Part shown: positions 1 to 12,698 of the stretch, in pieces
Layout: the number at the start of each line of letters is the position of its first letter
Position numbering within the stretch: the stretch's first letter is position 1
Source: Amoebophrya sp. A120
Taxonomy: Eukaryota > Protista > Dinoflagellata
Reading direction: 5' to 3'
Assembly: GCA_905178155.1 (NCBI GenBank)
Contig: CAJINV010000003.1
Coordinates: 5,029,700 to 5,093,699, forward strand
Length of the DNA: 64,000 nucleotides
Notes under the pieces: generated by a model
The model's input: only the letters and a program-made list of their open reading frames with translations
Told to the model about the DNA's origin: nothing
Database searches by the model: none
Translations under genes and position numbers: made by a program

Positions 1-89
1 CGAAGCCTGGATGCAGCGGGAAACAGCGAAGCCTGGAAGCAGAGCGAAGCCCCGAAGCCTCGAGGCGAGGCAACAACGTGCAAAACCCC

Positions 90-1250
90 GAAGCACGAGC
101 CGGAACCACGGCAAAGCCGCGCCGGTGACGGACCATGCCCAAGCCGAGCCGGTGCCGGAACCACGGCAAAGCCGCGCCGGTGCCGGACCATGCCCAAGCC
201 GAGCCGGTGCCGGACCATGGCCAAGCCGAGCCGGTGCCGGACCCTGCCCATCCCGAGCCGGCGCCGGCGCCGGACCATGGCCAAGCCAAGCCAAGCCAAG
301 CCAAGCCGGGCCAGTGCCGGGCCAGTGCCGGGCCAGTGCCGGGCCAGTGCCGGGCCATGGCAGAGCCGGGCCGGTGCGTTCCGGACCCTGGCCAAGCAGA
401 GCCGGTGCGTGCCGGACCACGCATGGCCAAGCCGAGCCGACGCACGCGCACCGGACCGTGGCCAAGCCGGGCCGGTGCGTGCCGGACCAACCAACCATGG
501 CTAAGCCGGGCCGGTGCGTGCCGGACCTACCATGGCCAAGCAGGGCCGGTGCGTGGGTGCCGGGCCATGCATGGCCAAGCCGAGCCGGTGCGTGCGTGCC
601 GGGCGGACCATGCATGCATGGCCAAGCCGGGCCGGGCCGGTGCGTGCGTGCCGGACCATGCATGGCCAAGCCGAGCCGGTGCGTGCAGGACCATGGCAAA
701 GCCCGCCGGTGCCAGGTCGTGGCCCGGCCGATGCAAACCGGTGCCAGATCATGACCAAGCCGGTGCCAGGTCGTGGCCAAGCCGGTGCCAGGTCATGGCC
801 AAAGCCTGCCAAGCCGGTGCCAGATCATGGCCATCCAAGCCTGCCAAGCGGCAGCCTATGCCAGGCCGTGGCCAAGCCGCCCGGTGCCAAAGCATGGCCA
901 GGCCGGTGCCAGATCACGGCAATGCCTGCCGGTGCCAGGTCGGGGCCAAGCCGGTGCCAGATCATGGCCAAGCCGGTGCCAGATCAGGGCCAGGCCGATG
1001 CCAAATCATCGCCAAGCCGGTGCCAGGTCGTGGCCAAGCCGGTGCCAGATCATGGCCAAAGCCTACCAAGCCGGTGCCACTGCCAGATCATGACCAGCCC
1101 GGTGCCACATCATGGCCAAGTCGGTGCCAGATCATGGCCAAGCCGGTGCCAGGTCGTGGCCAAGCCGGTGCCAGATCATGGCCAAAGCCTGCTAAGCCGG
1201 TGCCAGATCATGGCCGACCCCGCCGGTGCCAGGTCGTGGCCAAGCCGCGC
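90..1250. repeat. GC-rich degenerate tandem repeat (satellite), ~22-bp unit of the GCCGGTGCCAGATCATGGCCAA / GCCGGTGCCAGGTCGTGGCCAA type
   Basis: Dozens of imperfect copies are visible, most regular at 730-1245. Overlapping repetitive ORFs in several frames are a by-product of the repeat. Confidence 0.9.
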
Positions 1251-1850
1251 AGCAGGGCCAGCTCCCGGGCCGTGCGGCCAAGCCACCGCCAAAGCCGTGC
1301 GGCCAAGCCAACGAGAGCCAAAGCCTTGCGGCCAGGCGGGCACCAAAGCCGCGCGGCCACGCCAGCGAGCGCCAAAGCCGGACGGCCAAGCGGGCGGGCG
1401 CCAAAACCGTGTGGCCACGCGGGCGCCAAAAACGTGTGGCAACGCGGGCGCCAAAACCGTGCGAACTAACAAGCGCCAAATCCGCGCGGCTAAGCGCCAA
1501 AGCCGTGCGGATAAGCGCCAAAGCCGTGCGGCCAAGAGCCAAAGCCGTGCGCGGCGGCCAAGCGCCAAGCAAGGCCGCGCGGCCAGGCGCCAAAGCCGCG
1601 CGGCCGGGTTTTGTTTGCCCTTTCTATTCGCCGCCCTTATTTGCTTCGTTCCTCGCTAAACGCAAACCCTAAGCGCCGACATCAACTCTAAGCCAGAGGC
1701 AGCTAAGGCCGCGCGGCCAATAAGCGCCAAAGCCGAGCGAGGCCGCGCAGAGAAGCGGCAAAACCGGGCCCACGCTGCCAGGTTCCAAAGCCGAAGCCGT
1801 GCGGCCTACAGCGAACTAATCCGCGCGGCCGAAGGCAAGGTGGGCCCAGA
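1250..1850. repeat. Second degenerate tandem repeat, ~20-bp unit like GCGCCAAAGCCGTGCGGCCAA
   Basis: Repeated gcgccaaagccg(t/c)gcggcc units at 1290-1600, decaying towards 1850. Confidence 0.75.
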
Positions 1851-2299
1851 CAACGAAAGGCGGCCCGGCCATCCCGGCCCGTGCCGGCTCGAGCTAGCCG
1901 GGCGGGCGCGAGGCCAAACTAACCCGGGGCCCAGCTAGCCCGGCGCGGCTCATGCGACGGCCAGCCAGCCGGGTGGCGCGAGGCCATAGCCAAGCGGGCC
2001 GATGTCGCGGGGCGCTGAAAGTCCGCCACCCAGCGAGCCCCACTCCTCTCGCGGGCCGCTGCGCTTTCTTCAACAGAAGAGGAGTAGCAGTGGCGAGCTG
2101 CGGGCGGGTTTCCCTGTCATCCTTCGCACTTTTTTTTTTGGGGGGGGGATCGTATCCCAATAAGATTCGCGCGGGTCGTCCTGTCATCTTCGCGCTTCTA
2201 TTTATTTTTTTTCTCATCTTCTATCTAGCGGATACTTGTTTTACATGTCAACCACGTACAGGCGGAGCTTCTGGAGGCTAGTAGCAAAAAGGAGTATAC

Positions 2300-5200
2300 C
2301 GAGCGCTGATTGTGGCCCAGCTTTTCGCAGAGAATGGGCAACAACATGAGTGCCTCTTTCTCCGTGGGTACGTACTTTTGCTCGTCCAAGAGGCGGATTA
2401 CGCGAGTAAGTAGATCCAGTGCCGCGTTGTAGACCCGAGTGTTCGTTACCTTGTGCAACACGTAGGTTATGTAGCGGAACAGGAGGTCCAAAATTTCGAT
2501 GATTTCCGGTGCGTACTTGTTCACGTGCTGGCTCCAGGCCTCCAGTGCGATCAGAATTTCCGCCCCGTTACCAAAATCAAACATGCGGGACGCGATCGGC
2601 TCACAAACCCCGACCTTCATGTGCTCCTCCAGCTGTCGCCAGCCATCGGCCGGAATGTCCTCCGGACCCCACAGAAAGCTGAACGAATTTTGGCGCTGCT
2701 CCTTACCACCGAGTCTTGACACCGTGTGATGGGGCGGCTCGAAGATGTCAAACGAGATCACAATGTCCCGCAGCTGGCTCGTCGCGTCCTTGCCGCTTCC
2801 ACCGCCGACAAGCGACGTCCTGCTTGACCGCATGATTTCCGGGGCGCCGCGGCTAGACCCAAGACCTGATCAGAAATTGAGACATCCCGCGTTTTTTTAT
2901 GCTTACACTTCATACACAACCCTGACTCTGCGCATTTCGGGTTCTTAAACTTCGTCGTGCTCAAAATTATAGATGGAATTTCCACGGTGGTGAATCTGCA
3001 GCCGTGATGATGAATAAAACTTCAATCAACAATACTTGTTGTACCCCGAGGGGAAGACGCCCGAATGCTGCCACCTCCGCGCACTGACGGGCTTTGTCCT
3101 CGGAGAGAAGCGGCGGGCGAAACCGTCCTTCGCTGGGAAGTGCTAGCGTTGGGTGCCTGTGCGCGGGGCGGAACCTGCAGCTTTCTCCGCGCGCCACCAC
3201 TGAAAGACCGGCTAGCCATGCTCGTGTTGCTTAACATGCTTGGCGGCGTCCCTGACTTATTTACCCCACCGCCACTGGAGAAGGTTACACCTCCTCCGAA
3301 AGACGCGCGTGCAGCCGCGCTCGCGGTAGGTGTTTCCGTCGATCCCGCCCGCGCCCCCGCGGTGGAGGCTTCCAGGCGCTCCTTCAACTCGAGCACACTC
3401 TCACCGACCGTCTGCTGATGCGGCGCTGCGCTTTGCGGCGGCTGGATGCTAGAGGGCGCTTCGGAGAGCAAGGACCCGTTGAGTCGCTGCTGCGTCAGCT
3501 GAGACTGCAGGTCCTTGATCTGTCGCTGGTACTCTTTCTCGCGCGCTCGAAAATCGTGCTCCTCCGAGTCCCCTTCTACGATGTGGCCACCGCTATACCG
3601 CTTGCGCTCCTCTTGCAGAAATGAATCGGAAATAGTAGCCTCGGCCGCGGGTGGCGGAGCGATGATAAGAGCGCGGTTGCACGCAGGTAGTTCCACAGCA
3701 CGAGCTTCGAGCTTTATCTCCTTTTGCGTCGCAGCTTCCAAACCTTGTTCAACGAACGCTCCTCGTGGGTCTACATCGGACGAAAGACCACGTGCCAGCT
3801 TTTCGGAAGAAGCGCCGCCAGTCCGTGCGACAAATTGCGGTACGCGCGAGGGCGGGACGGTTCCCTCCGCCTCGCTCCCCCTCTTCGTCGACTCTCCGAC
3901 TATCGAAACTGCGGGGACGGACGCGGATGTCGGACTCCGTGGGGCCACGGTGACTGGACCCCGTGTTTGCACCGGCGGCGGTCGCTCCGCGTTCCGGCCT
4001 CCACCACCGTACAACTCCTGCAATCGCCGATAGGCGTCTTCCTGTGTTACAGCCGGGCGGAGGGACTGAAACACATTCTGCTTCGAGGTCTGGAACCTGC
4101 ACATGAGTTCGGCGGCCCGAAAAGCCGATTTGCGCTCACTGATCACCCGGGAATCAAATCCGTCAGCCAGTAAATCCACCACTCCCGGTACCACACCACC
4201 GGCGTTTTGCAGTCCAAAGGCGTGAACCAGGTCGTACAGGAGATTGAGCCGCGGCTCCAGGTGCTTCAGCCGACGATGTGAAGACGACGACGAAGCGCCA
4301 GAACCTTTGCGAGTAGTTCGATAGGAACTGAACCGGGGTGGATAAGAGTACTTAAACAGCACAAGGAAATAAAGGAACCTCCTTCACACCTGCTAAGCTA
4401 AAAGAGACCATGTACGAACTTAACGGCACAAAACGTCGGCCGAGTCTTTTATCCAGTGAGTGAGACGACCAGTGCGAAATTATGACTAAACAAAGCATCT
4501 ATCATCAACGATCTGTACTTCTCCCACTGTGGCAAACGAGGTCGACGAGAAAACCGCAGCCCGCTTTTTCCGCCAAATCTAAAACGAGGGTGTTCACTTG
4601 GTCGACCAGCTTTGCGTCACCCGCCATCTCGATCAACCGCGGCACGATCAAACGCACCACCTTCGTGGTGAGGCGACTGAGCATTGCCACGCTCTGAAAG
4701 AACTGCAGAAACGCGCGCGCTGCCAGCGGTCTGGCGTCGGAAAAGTGCATGGTTTTGTCGTGCAACGTTTGCACAAAGTGTTCAACCGCCTCCGGTGGTG
4801 GTGCCGCCCCGCTTTGCTGCCAGTGCTGCGCAACAGCCGTCAGACCGGGAACGTTCACGCGACTCGCACTATCATACAACTTGCATTCAACGGGAAAGTG
4901 TTCATCTTGCAGACCCGCTGCTCGGTCGGCTTGCGTAAGATGCACCTGCGGCCCGCGTGGAGATGGCATTCTAGTGCTGCACGCCGAGCTCAGACGCGAA
5001 CGCGGCAGCCGACGTTCAGAGGCCGACTTTGACATCCCGCGCACCGGCGCCCCCACGGAAGCGGTCGCGGTGGTTGCAGGAAAATTATTGATCGACAACC
5101 GACCCCCCTGCGGAGGCAACGCCGCTACAGCACCTGTCGTTGGTTTCAACAGCTTTTTCACACCCCCTGCTGCTCCACCACCGCCTTCCTGTATGACGGA

Positions 5201-8200
5201 GTCGTTCATCCCACCTGTCCCGGTGGCTCCGGCTGCTGGTGCTGCATCCTGGTTGCATGAGGAGCTCCTCCCTTCAACGACGGGCTTGAACACCTTCTCT
5301 CGGATCGTCTCGAAGACCCTCCGTCGCGAGACCGGCAGCTCGTCGCACAATCTGGCTGCAGCGGCGTCGTCGCCCTTGCAGAAGTGGAGCAGCACCCGGA
5401 TAGCTTGCTCCCGGACCGAAATTTCCGCGTCTTCACTTACCGTCTTGATCGCGATCTCGCGAATCCGCTCCTCCTCTTCTGGACCGACGCAAGTTGTGCG
5501 ATCCTCCAAAATTCGAAGCAAGAAGAGGAATGACATGCTACGCGCGTTCGGACTGGTATCCGTGAACTTCCCACCCAAATCCTCTAGCAGCCTGGACAGA
5601 GACACCACGCCCGCCTGCCAGACTTGCCACGCCGGCTCTTCCAGAAGTTTCCACGTCGTCTTGTCGTTCATCCGTCCGAGGCAGCTTCGCAGCACCTGCC
5701 GACCGTGGCGGTCAAAGTTTCTGCCGAGCCCCCCGGCCAGGCCGCCCACGATGAAGGCCGCCTCGGTAAGCACTAGGTGATTTTGTTCCGCTTTCAGTAC
5801 CTTGCAAATGTTGGAAAGCAGCAGCGCTAGTTCAGGGGTGGACTTTATCCGCCGCGGCTTCGAGAGCAGCTGCGACACGACCTCGAAGTACTCCTTCTTC
5901 TCTTTTCCGGTGTGCATGGCGTCGATTCCCGCATGTTGGTATCTCCGGGGCAGCTGCGCCATCAAGTCGAACTCTTCTTCGGGCAGCGGGACGGCGGGGG
6001 CCCGCGAAGAAGACGCGGAGCCCGAACCGACTGTTACTCCGTTGACCGAGGTAGACGCAGTGGTCGCTGCGTTGGACAGCAGTTGCGGTGATGTCGCGGA
6101 ACAACCGTCCACGGATGGGGCGGCCGTTGCACCACTTGCTAAAAAACGCGTCGTCCCCGCCGACTGATCCGGGGTTTTGTCTTTCGGCGCCGCAGCTCCC
6201 TGCTGCGGTGCACCACTGCTGGTGCCACTTCTGCTTGCCGACGTTGTTTCCCGGCGATATTTCCGGACCGGAGCATTCAGCGGCTTCCCCTTGTTGCGCT
6301 GATTCCGCTGGGAGGGCAACTCTTTCCGCTGTGGCTCCGAAAGTAGGCCGCACGTCCACTCTGCAAGCACGCGCTCACCAACCAACCGCTCCACCTCTAC
6401 CAGTGCAGCGTAGCAGTTCGTCCGCAAAACGCGATCCGCCACGAAGCGCCCCGCGACCCGTGCGAGCAACCGCAGATTGGTCTCGCCGCACTTTTGCATG
6501 CCAAACTCCGTAACCACCTCGGCAAACAGCCCAAGCCCTGTGTTGAGCTGCTTCTTTATCGCTGCCACTTTGGCGGTCGTGTGGGTCTTCGTCACCGTTG
6601 TTTTCTCGCTCCAGCCTTGCAACAAGCCCGCAAGCTGCCCCAGCACGTCCCCGCACTCCACAACCTCGGTAACCGCGATCCACAGTTGCTTCAGCTGATC
6701 CTCCAATTTTGGCTGGCCCAGCTGCTTGTGCTCCAAGAGGGCGCCGGTCATGCGCAAAAACGCCGCCCGAATGTCGCTGTCCGCGCAGTCCTTCGCCGGA
6801 AGGCTCTTTGCGTACGCGATCGCGCCGTTCAGCGCCGGCTCGTACGCCCCGCGAAGCTGCTCGGTGGCGACGCGATCGAGGTGCCCGGGCATCTTTGCGG
6901 CGGGGTTTGCGAGAATCGCCTGCCAGGCGGAGACGCGCTCCTTCAGGTCCTTGGATTCCAGCCGCGTCTTCAGCGGAATCTTTGAAAAATCCTTCTCGGC
7001 CACTGTTTCCGGCGGTAGCGTATGGTTTTGTCGACCTCCGCCCACAGGCACGTCTTCAGTGCCCAAACTCGTGCGGTTGCTGGTCTGTTTCTTGGGTTCT
7101 GCTTCTGCTCGCTCCTCGGGCCGTGCTTTCTTACTCCCCGTTTCCTCGACGAATGCGGTGTACCCTGGAGTGTTGATCTCCTGTATTGGCGAGCCTTCCG
7201 GTGGTGGTGCTGCTGCTGAGACAGACGCGGTCTTGGCCTTTGCCGAAGTCGGCGCGGGCTTTGAATCTGCGCCGACGGGGCAGGCAGAGGCCAGTGACAG
7301 TCGGTTCGCGTCGGAAAGTCGGCCCTTGGAACTGGAACGACGAAATAACCCAGTCACTTCCACTGGTGGCTCCGCAGCGCTGACAACAGGGAACAGGCCC
7401 CCTGCGGCCGGCTTTTCCGGTGTGCACTTCAGAGCTTGATGCGACTTCCCCTCCGCTCGTGCTTTACGTGGCGGCGACGTGGGTTCTAATGGTGGATCAC
7501 CATTCACACTAGTGCTCGCCTTCCGCGGAATTTCGTCTACGAGAAGCGAAGTCGTGGGAACTACAACTGCAGCTTCAACACCAACAGGTACGGGCTCCGC
7601 GTCCTTGTCTTCAGGCTGTGAAGACGCCCCTTCCACATCTTCCGCGGCAGTCACTTCCATGGCGTCGTCTTCCCCTACTTCTGCAGCGGCGCGAATTTTT
7701 CCGTGGTCTTGCGCTCCACCCCGCGCTTCCCCCGTGGACGCCGTGATCGCAGGGGCAGCTGCCCCGCTGTCCACCAGAAGCGAAGACATGTCGGTATTTT
7801 GAATCTGCGCAGCTTCCAATTCTGAAGCGGCTTCGAACGCCGAAAGCTCTTCTGGCTCTCCGGCTGGTGGAGTACGCTTCTCCGACGAGCTCCTCGCTTC
7901 CTGCCGCTCCGGTACAACAAGCTCGGCCTTCCGGTCTGCTGGCCCCTCCGATTTTCGGACCTCCGCCTCGGCATCCTCCGCCGACACCACCAGCCCCCCT
8001 GACGAAATCTCGCTGTCGCTACTTTTGTTGTTCTGCACCTCCGGCGTGACGAGGTCCGCATCGTACGCGTCGTCCAGGTGGCTGGGCACAAGTCGCACCT
8101 GCCCTCCCATGCCCGCATATGGTGACGGACTCCACGCATGGTCGATCGGGCTCGGCGACATGGCGCTCATCCCATCCAGCGGACTCGCGGCCGAGTGCAG

Positions 8201-9991
8201 GAGCGCGTGTCCGTCTTCTTCTCTGCGGCTTTCCGCGTCCACCAAGTGACTCGTGGACATTTGCGAGAACGCACTGGTTTCTGCGTTCCCTTGTGCGTGG
8301 TCCCCCTGGTTAGTACCGCTTTGGTGTTCCGCGCTTTTGCTAGTAAAAATCCCTTCTCCCCCTGGCTGCTCCTCTTGGTCCCGTCGTGGTGAATACGCGC
8401 GCATAGCTGAAGCGTCCTGCGAATGACGGCCGAACCGGGTGGATAGGGTCGAACCCAAGCTCGGTCTAAGTGCGCTGGGCTGACGCACCTCAGGCACTTC
8501 CCGCGGCGGTTCCCCGATAGTCAGCTCCACCACGGAATCTTTGCTGCTCACGCGCGAGGCGAAGAGAGCGTCTTGGTCTTCTTCTGGTGAAGCCGGGGAT
8601 GAGGCTGCCATCTTCCTAGGACCGCTCAGAGCACTGGAGGGCGCTACTTGATCAACAGGAGCTGCTTCCCCCGACGAGGCGCACTCCTTCGCCGCGAAGC
8701 CAAAAACCGATTTGGCCGTCGCTGAGGAGCTTGCTGCAGAGCCGAACAGGGCGGGCTGCTCATGAAACCCAGTCCCAAATACTGTCCCTCCTGCGGTCGC
8801 GGTGGTTGTGCTTCCGAAAATGGACTTCTTCTTCTCCGCGTACGAGCTAAATAGTGCTTCCTGGTTCCCGAAAATACTTTCGGAGGTCTGCGAAACAAGA
8901 CTTTTGTTTTTATCCACCAAGTCAAAGCCGCCTCCGAACAGGCTGGAAGCGGAGCTGGAACTCTTGGCCACCGGTTTTCCAAAAAGTGTAGCCGCAGCGC
9001 CGAAGTGATTGTTGTCAACCGGCGAGAACGACAGGGGCGTGGAACCCCCACCGAATATGTTCGTGGTCGGCTTCGTGCCTGCTCCCAAAACACAATTATC
9101 TTCCTCGGTGCTCTGGTCGACGAGTTTTGCCGCACAGGCCGCTGAGTCTATGGGACTACTTGCGGCGGCCAAGACCCCCCGACCGGCTTCCGTGACGAAC
9201 CTGCTAGCATCGGCGGCCGCATGCTCTGCACTCTGAAACAGCAAGCTGGACTCGTCACCCTTTTTCGATGCCCCGCCGTCCTCGACCGGGCTGCTCGGGT
9301 CTACTTGCGGGGAATCAAACCCGATCTCATCCTCCAGCCGAGGGTAGCTGGCCAAGGGCGGCGCAACATCTGCCTCGGGCAGCTCCTCGCTGCACGAGGA
9401 GGACGCTGCGCTACTAGTAGCGCTTGAACTCGCAGAACCCCCGCTAAAAAGAACACCCGCTCGCTCCTTTGTGGACGCCCGGGTCGCGCTGTCGGAGTCA
9501 TCGGGGTAGTGAGTCCCGAACATGGTTGTGAATTTGGTCGAGTGGGGGCTTTGCTCGTCTTCATCTGCGTTAGGACCAGAAGTTGCTTTTCCCGCCTCTT
9601 CTACTTCCTTTTCCGGACAATCCGCAGCTGCAGTCCCGCTGCCGTCGGCGGCTTGCTGCAGGTTGGAGTCCTCAAAAAGACTGGAACCTGCTGACAGGGA
9701 CCGCTCTTCCCTGTTCGACGGAGGCACTGCTCTCATCTTCCCTCCCCCTGCATGGAGCGAGAGCCCGGCCATCAGTTCTTTCACCTGCAGTTCGTCCTGG
9801 CTTGGTTGTTCCGCCGACATACTGTCCTTGCTGGACAACGACGCCCGTCGTCGCTCTTCCGCAAGAACCCGGTCTCCTCCGAAAGCGGTGGCGCCATCCC
9901 CAAACAGGTTGTCACTGTCACTGTTCATCAACCAAGTCGGAGGCTGCTGCCGCTTGCGACGGCCTGGTCGATCCGCCTCATCGACGCTCAT
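2300..9991 (-). CDS. TOG/HEAT-repeat microtubule-associated protein (XMAP215/CKAP5/MOR1-like) with a long low-complexity N-terminus; multi-exon, 3' end not found
   Basis: ORFs 4505-9991, 3022-4362 and 2225-2833 join through introns (GT-AG at ~2866-3044; GT donor at 2299). TOG-like motifs include 'KIPLKTRLESKDLKERVSAW' and 'LDLLFRYIT..HKVTNTRVYNAALDLL..PTEKEALMLLPILCEKLGHN'. Confidence 0.75.
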
Positions 9992-10625
9992 TTTTGATCG
10001 ATGGTTGAAATAACTTTCTAGTTCTAATTTACTAATCGCTGCCTCATAGGAGCGGTTGAAGGTCTTCGGTACATAGGTCGTGCTTTTCTTGCATCAAGAC
10101 GCAAGAAAAGCTAAAATAAACAAAGAAACGCTAGAAGTACGGAAAATTCAAAATTAAGTTGGCAAAGAGGGTACGAAAGAGGGAAGAAATGCTTGAACTT
10201 GAAACGCTTGCTTTCATCTTCATCAGCATCGTCGCAGCTGCGGCGAAAATGAGTTTGTGTGTCGACCACGAGATGATGAACGAGAGCCAAATTTCGTTCG
10301 AAAAGCCGAACCAAAGCAATTCCCTCAGTTCCAGTCTATGGCGAACCTTCAGCACCATTTTCAACGCAATGCGATCTAGAAAATAACGCACAGCACAAAA
10401 GCGCGCGGCGAAGCAAAATCGAGTTCGCTTTCAGCGAAGAGCAGAACACAACTCATCGATGACATAACAAGCTCGTACTATGTCGAGACCACGCTTGGTG
10501 GTGCGAGAATAGCCTTATCGCTCGATCGAAATTTTGATTCTCTGCTGGTGCTGTCGCTGGGGATGTACTAAATCTCACAGAAGTACTTACTGTTCATTCG
10601 TCTACTTTAGCATTTTCATCTCGCA

Positions 10626-12089
10626 CTATACTTCGTCTGCCGCTTGCCGAGCGAGGGCGGCAGCGGCTAACTTTCGTTTGGGGAGCTGCATGGAACCGGG
10701 ATTCTGATGATTGCACAGCCAAACATAGGGGCAATCGCAGAACGGGATACTCTTGACTTTGCGATAGGTCAGGCTGATCCGGTACTGGCGCTCGGGTATT
10801 ACCACCCCATTCACCATATCGCTGGTGCGACTTGCAATGCCATGTCGCCAGGCGAACCGCGCCTCCCCGTGGAAGGTCACACGCGAGCGCGGAGGCAGAT
10901 AGAGCGACACGACTTCTTCTTCCGCATTATTCGGAAGAGTTTCTACGTTCGCCATTTGCCTTTCGTCCAACCCGAAAGTGTCTTTTCGCCTCCGAAAATC
11001 CATGACGATTCCGCCGAGCAGCGACACGCTGCAGAAGCCCTCCTCAAAACACGAATGCGTCTCCACGTGCGGGGCGATCCCGACGCCGGCGGGATATTCG
11101 TTCACGGTCACCTGGTTGTACTGGCCAGGGAACGAAAAACGACTACTCAGGGACAACTCGAAGGGAATACTGTTCTCGCCTTTATTCGCGTCATCGACTT
11201 GTTCCGGGTGGAGGCTCAAGTAGTCGAAGCGCATTCCGAAATGCTGCACCCGCCGCTTCAAGGTGGTGTCCCACGACCGCGCGGACAGCCACTCCACCAG
11301 CGCTGCTTCCTCGGCCTCGGACACGAAATCCTCCTCCAGAGACAGTCCGATCGGGCGTTTTTCCGCCGGCAATGTGGCCCAAGTGTATGCGCCGTGCGGG
11401 GGACGGGTCGGCTCCGAGTTTCGCACGCTCTTCGCCGGTTTCGGGTTGGCCACGAGCGCGCAGAAACTCACTTTGTTGAACAGTGGTCGGCTGCATGGAT
11501 CTTCCTGGATTTTTACTGCCGTCGTGTGGTCATGATCAGTAAGCCTAGTATAATAATTGCTGGAATAAAACGTCGGCTCATCTTGCTTTTGTCTCGTTGA
11601 AGGAGTCGTTAACTCAGGCTCCCTGGTGTCCCTTCCGCCGCCATCAGGCGATATTATAGGTGATGCTTCGCTACTGCCCGGCCGGGTAGAGGAGGAAGAA
11701 ACACTGTCGACGTCCTCTGAAGCTGCGCCACGCGACGACGAGGAGATGCTAGATGCTGCGGCTTGAAAAAGTCGTGCATCACAGATGATATCACCCTCAC
11801 GTCTGTCGCGACTGCGTAGATTTTGCAGAGTATCTTTATTTCTCGCAGCGGCTGCTGCAGACGAGAACTGCAAAATTGCAGCGTGCCCGCGGCGAAATTC
11901 CCGGACGAACCCCGGCAAGGTGGCGAACGTAGTTCGCAGCAGCTCCTCCCGGTCAAAGCGAAACAGTCCGCACACGCAAACAAATTCAGTCTCCTGTCCT
12001 GGGGTGCGACAGGGTCCAAACGCGATTTTGGTGTCATCGAGCGCGGCTCTTCCGAGCTGGTCGTCCGATTCCGCACCCTGCAGCACCAT
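10626..12089 (-). CDS. ALKBH8: ALKBH8-like tRNA wobble-uridine hydroxylase (RRM-like + AlkB 2OG-Fe(II) domain + Cys-rich Zn-finger tail; no methyltransferase domain)
   Basis: Motifs 'LKRRVQHFG..FDY', 'NQVTVNEYPAGVGIAPHVETH', 'LYLPPRS..GEARFAWRHGI', 'RISLTYRKV', and C-terminal 'CDCPYVWLC'. Intronless ORF. Confidence 0.85.
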   Translation of the reverse strand: MVLQGAESDDQLGRAALDDTKIAFGPCRTPGQETEFVCVCGLFRFDREELLRTTFATLPGFVREFRRGHAAILQFSSAAAAARNKDTLQNLRSRDRREGDIICDARLFQAAASSISSSSRGAASEDVDSVSSSSTRPGSSEASPIISPDGGGRDTREPELTTPSTRQKQDEPTFYSSNYYTRLTDHDHTTAVKIQEDPCSRPLFNKVSFCALVANPKPAKSVRNSEPTRPPHGAYTWATLPAEKRPIGLSLEEDFVSEAEEAALVEWLSARSWDTTLKRRVQHFGMRFDYLSLHPEQVDDANKGENSIPFELSLSSRFSFPGQYNQVTVNEYPAGVGIAPHVETHSCFEEGFCSVSLLGGIVMDFRRRKDTFGLDERQMANVETLPNNAEEEVVSLYLPPRSRVTFHGEARFAWRHGIASRTSDMVNGVVIPERQYRISLTYRKVKSIPFCDCPYVWLCNHQNPGSMQLPKRKLAAAALARQAADEV

Positions 12090-12698
12090 TTCTCGTGGGG
12101 TGGTCGTGGTGTAGTTGATGCTAACTTGTTTCCATATATGTGTACGACATGATTTAGAGAAGACAGTCGTACTTCGTTACTTTCTCATCATAGTTAACTC
12201 AAGGATGCTCGTTCGAGAGGACAGGTCGCCTGGTACTGGTTCGTTCATCTTTCCGTGTAATGTACAAACGCATGTCACATGAAAAGCTAGTCGAATAGCC
12301 AAAATGATCACATCCAAGTGTGAGTGGCTTATTTCGATCGTCTACCCATCAAAAGCAAACAACTATTTTGACTCATCCATCTGTTTCTTTGTACACTATG
12401 TGGCTGATCGATTTTTTCTCGTTCGATCTTCATCATTTAAAACTTTTCCGAATGAGTGCGTTGCGGCAAAGTCGGAACTGCCGATCCGGTAAGTAACTGG
12501 ATCCACCAGAACAACTGAGGGTGTTTTCCACGTTGGATGAATTTGCGGGAATGTGAATTGACTGTCGAGGATACATCACTCCATCTTTATTTTTTCAACG
12601 CTGTGTCGCTAGATAAATCAGAATCTGCACAGTGCTGTCGCTTTTTGCATTGGCAAAATATCAACCTTATTTTCACATTGGCCGCAAACTTACGCATC

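Noticed and set aside
11-1672. Long overlapping ORFs on both strands
   Set aside because: They arise from stop-poor GC-rich tandem repeats and have no domain content.
1664-1692. Telomeric repeat (AAACCCTAA)
   Set aside because: Only one clear unit, which is compatible with chance.
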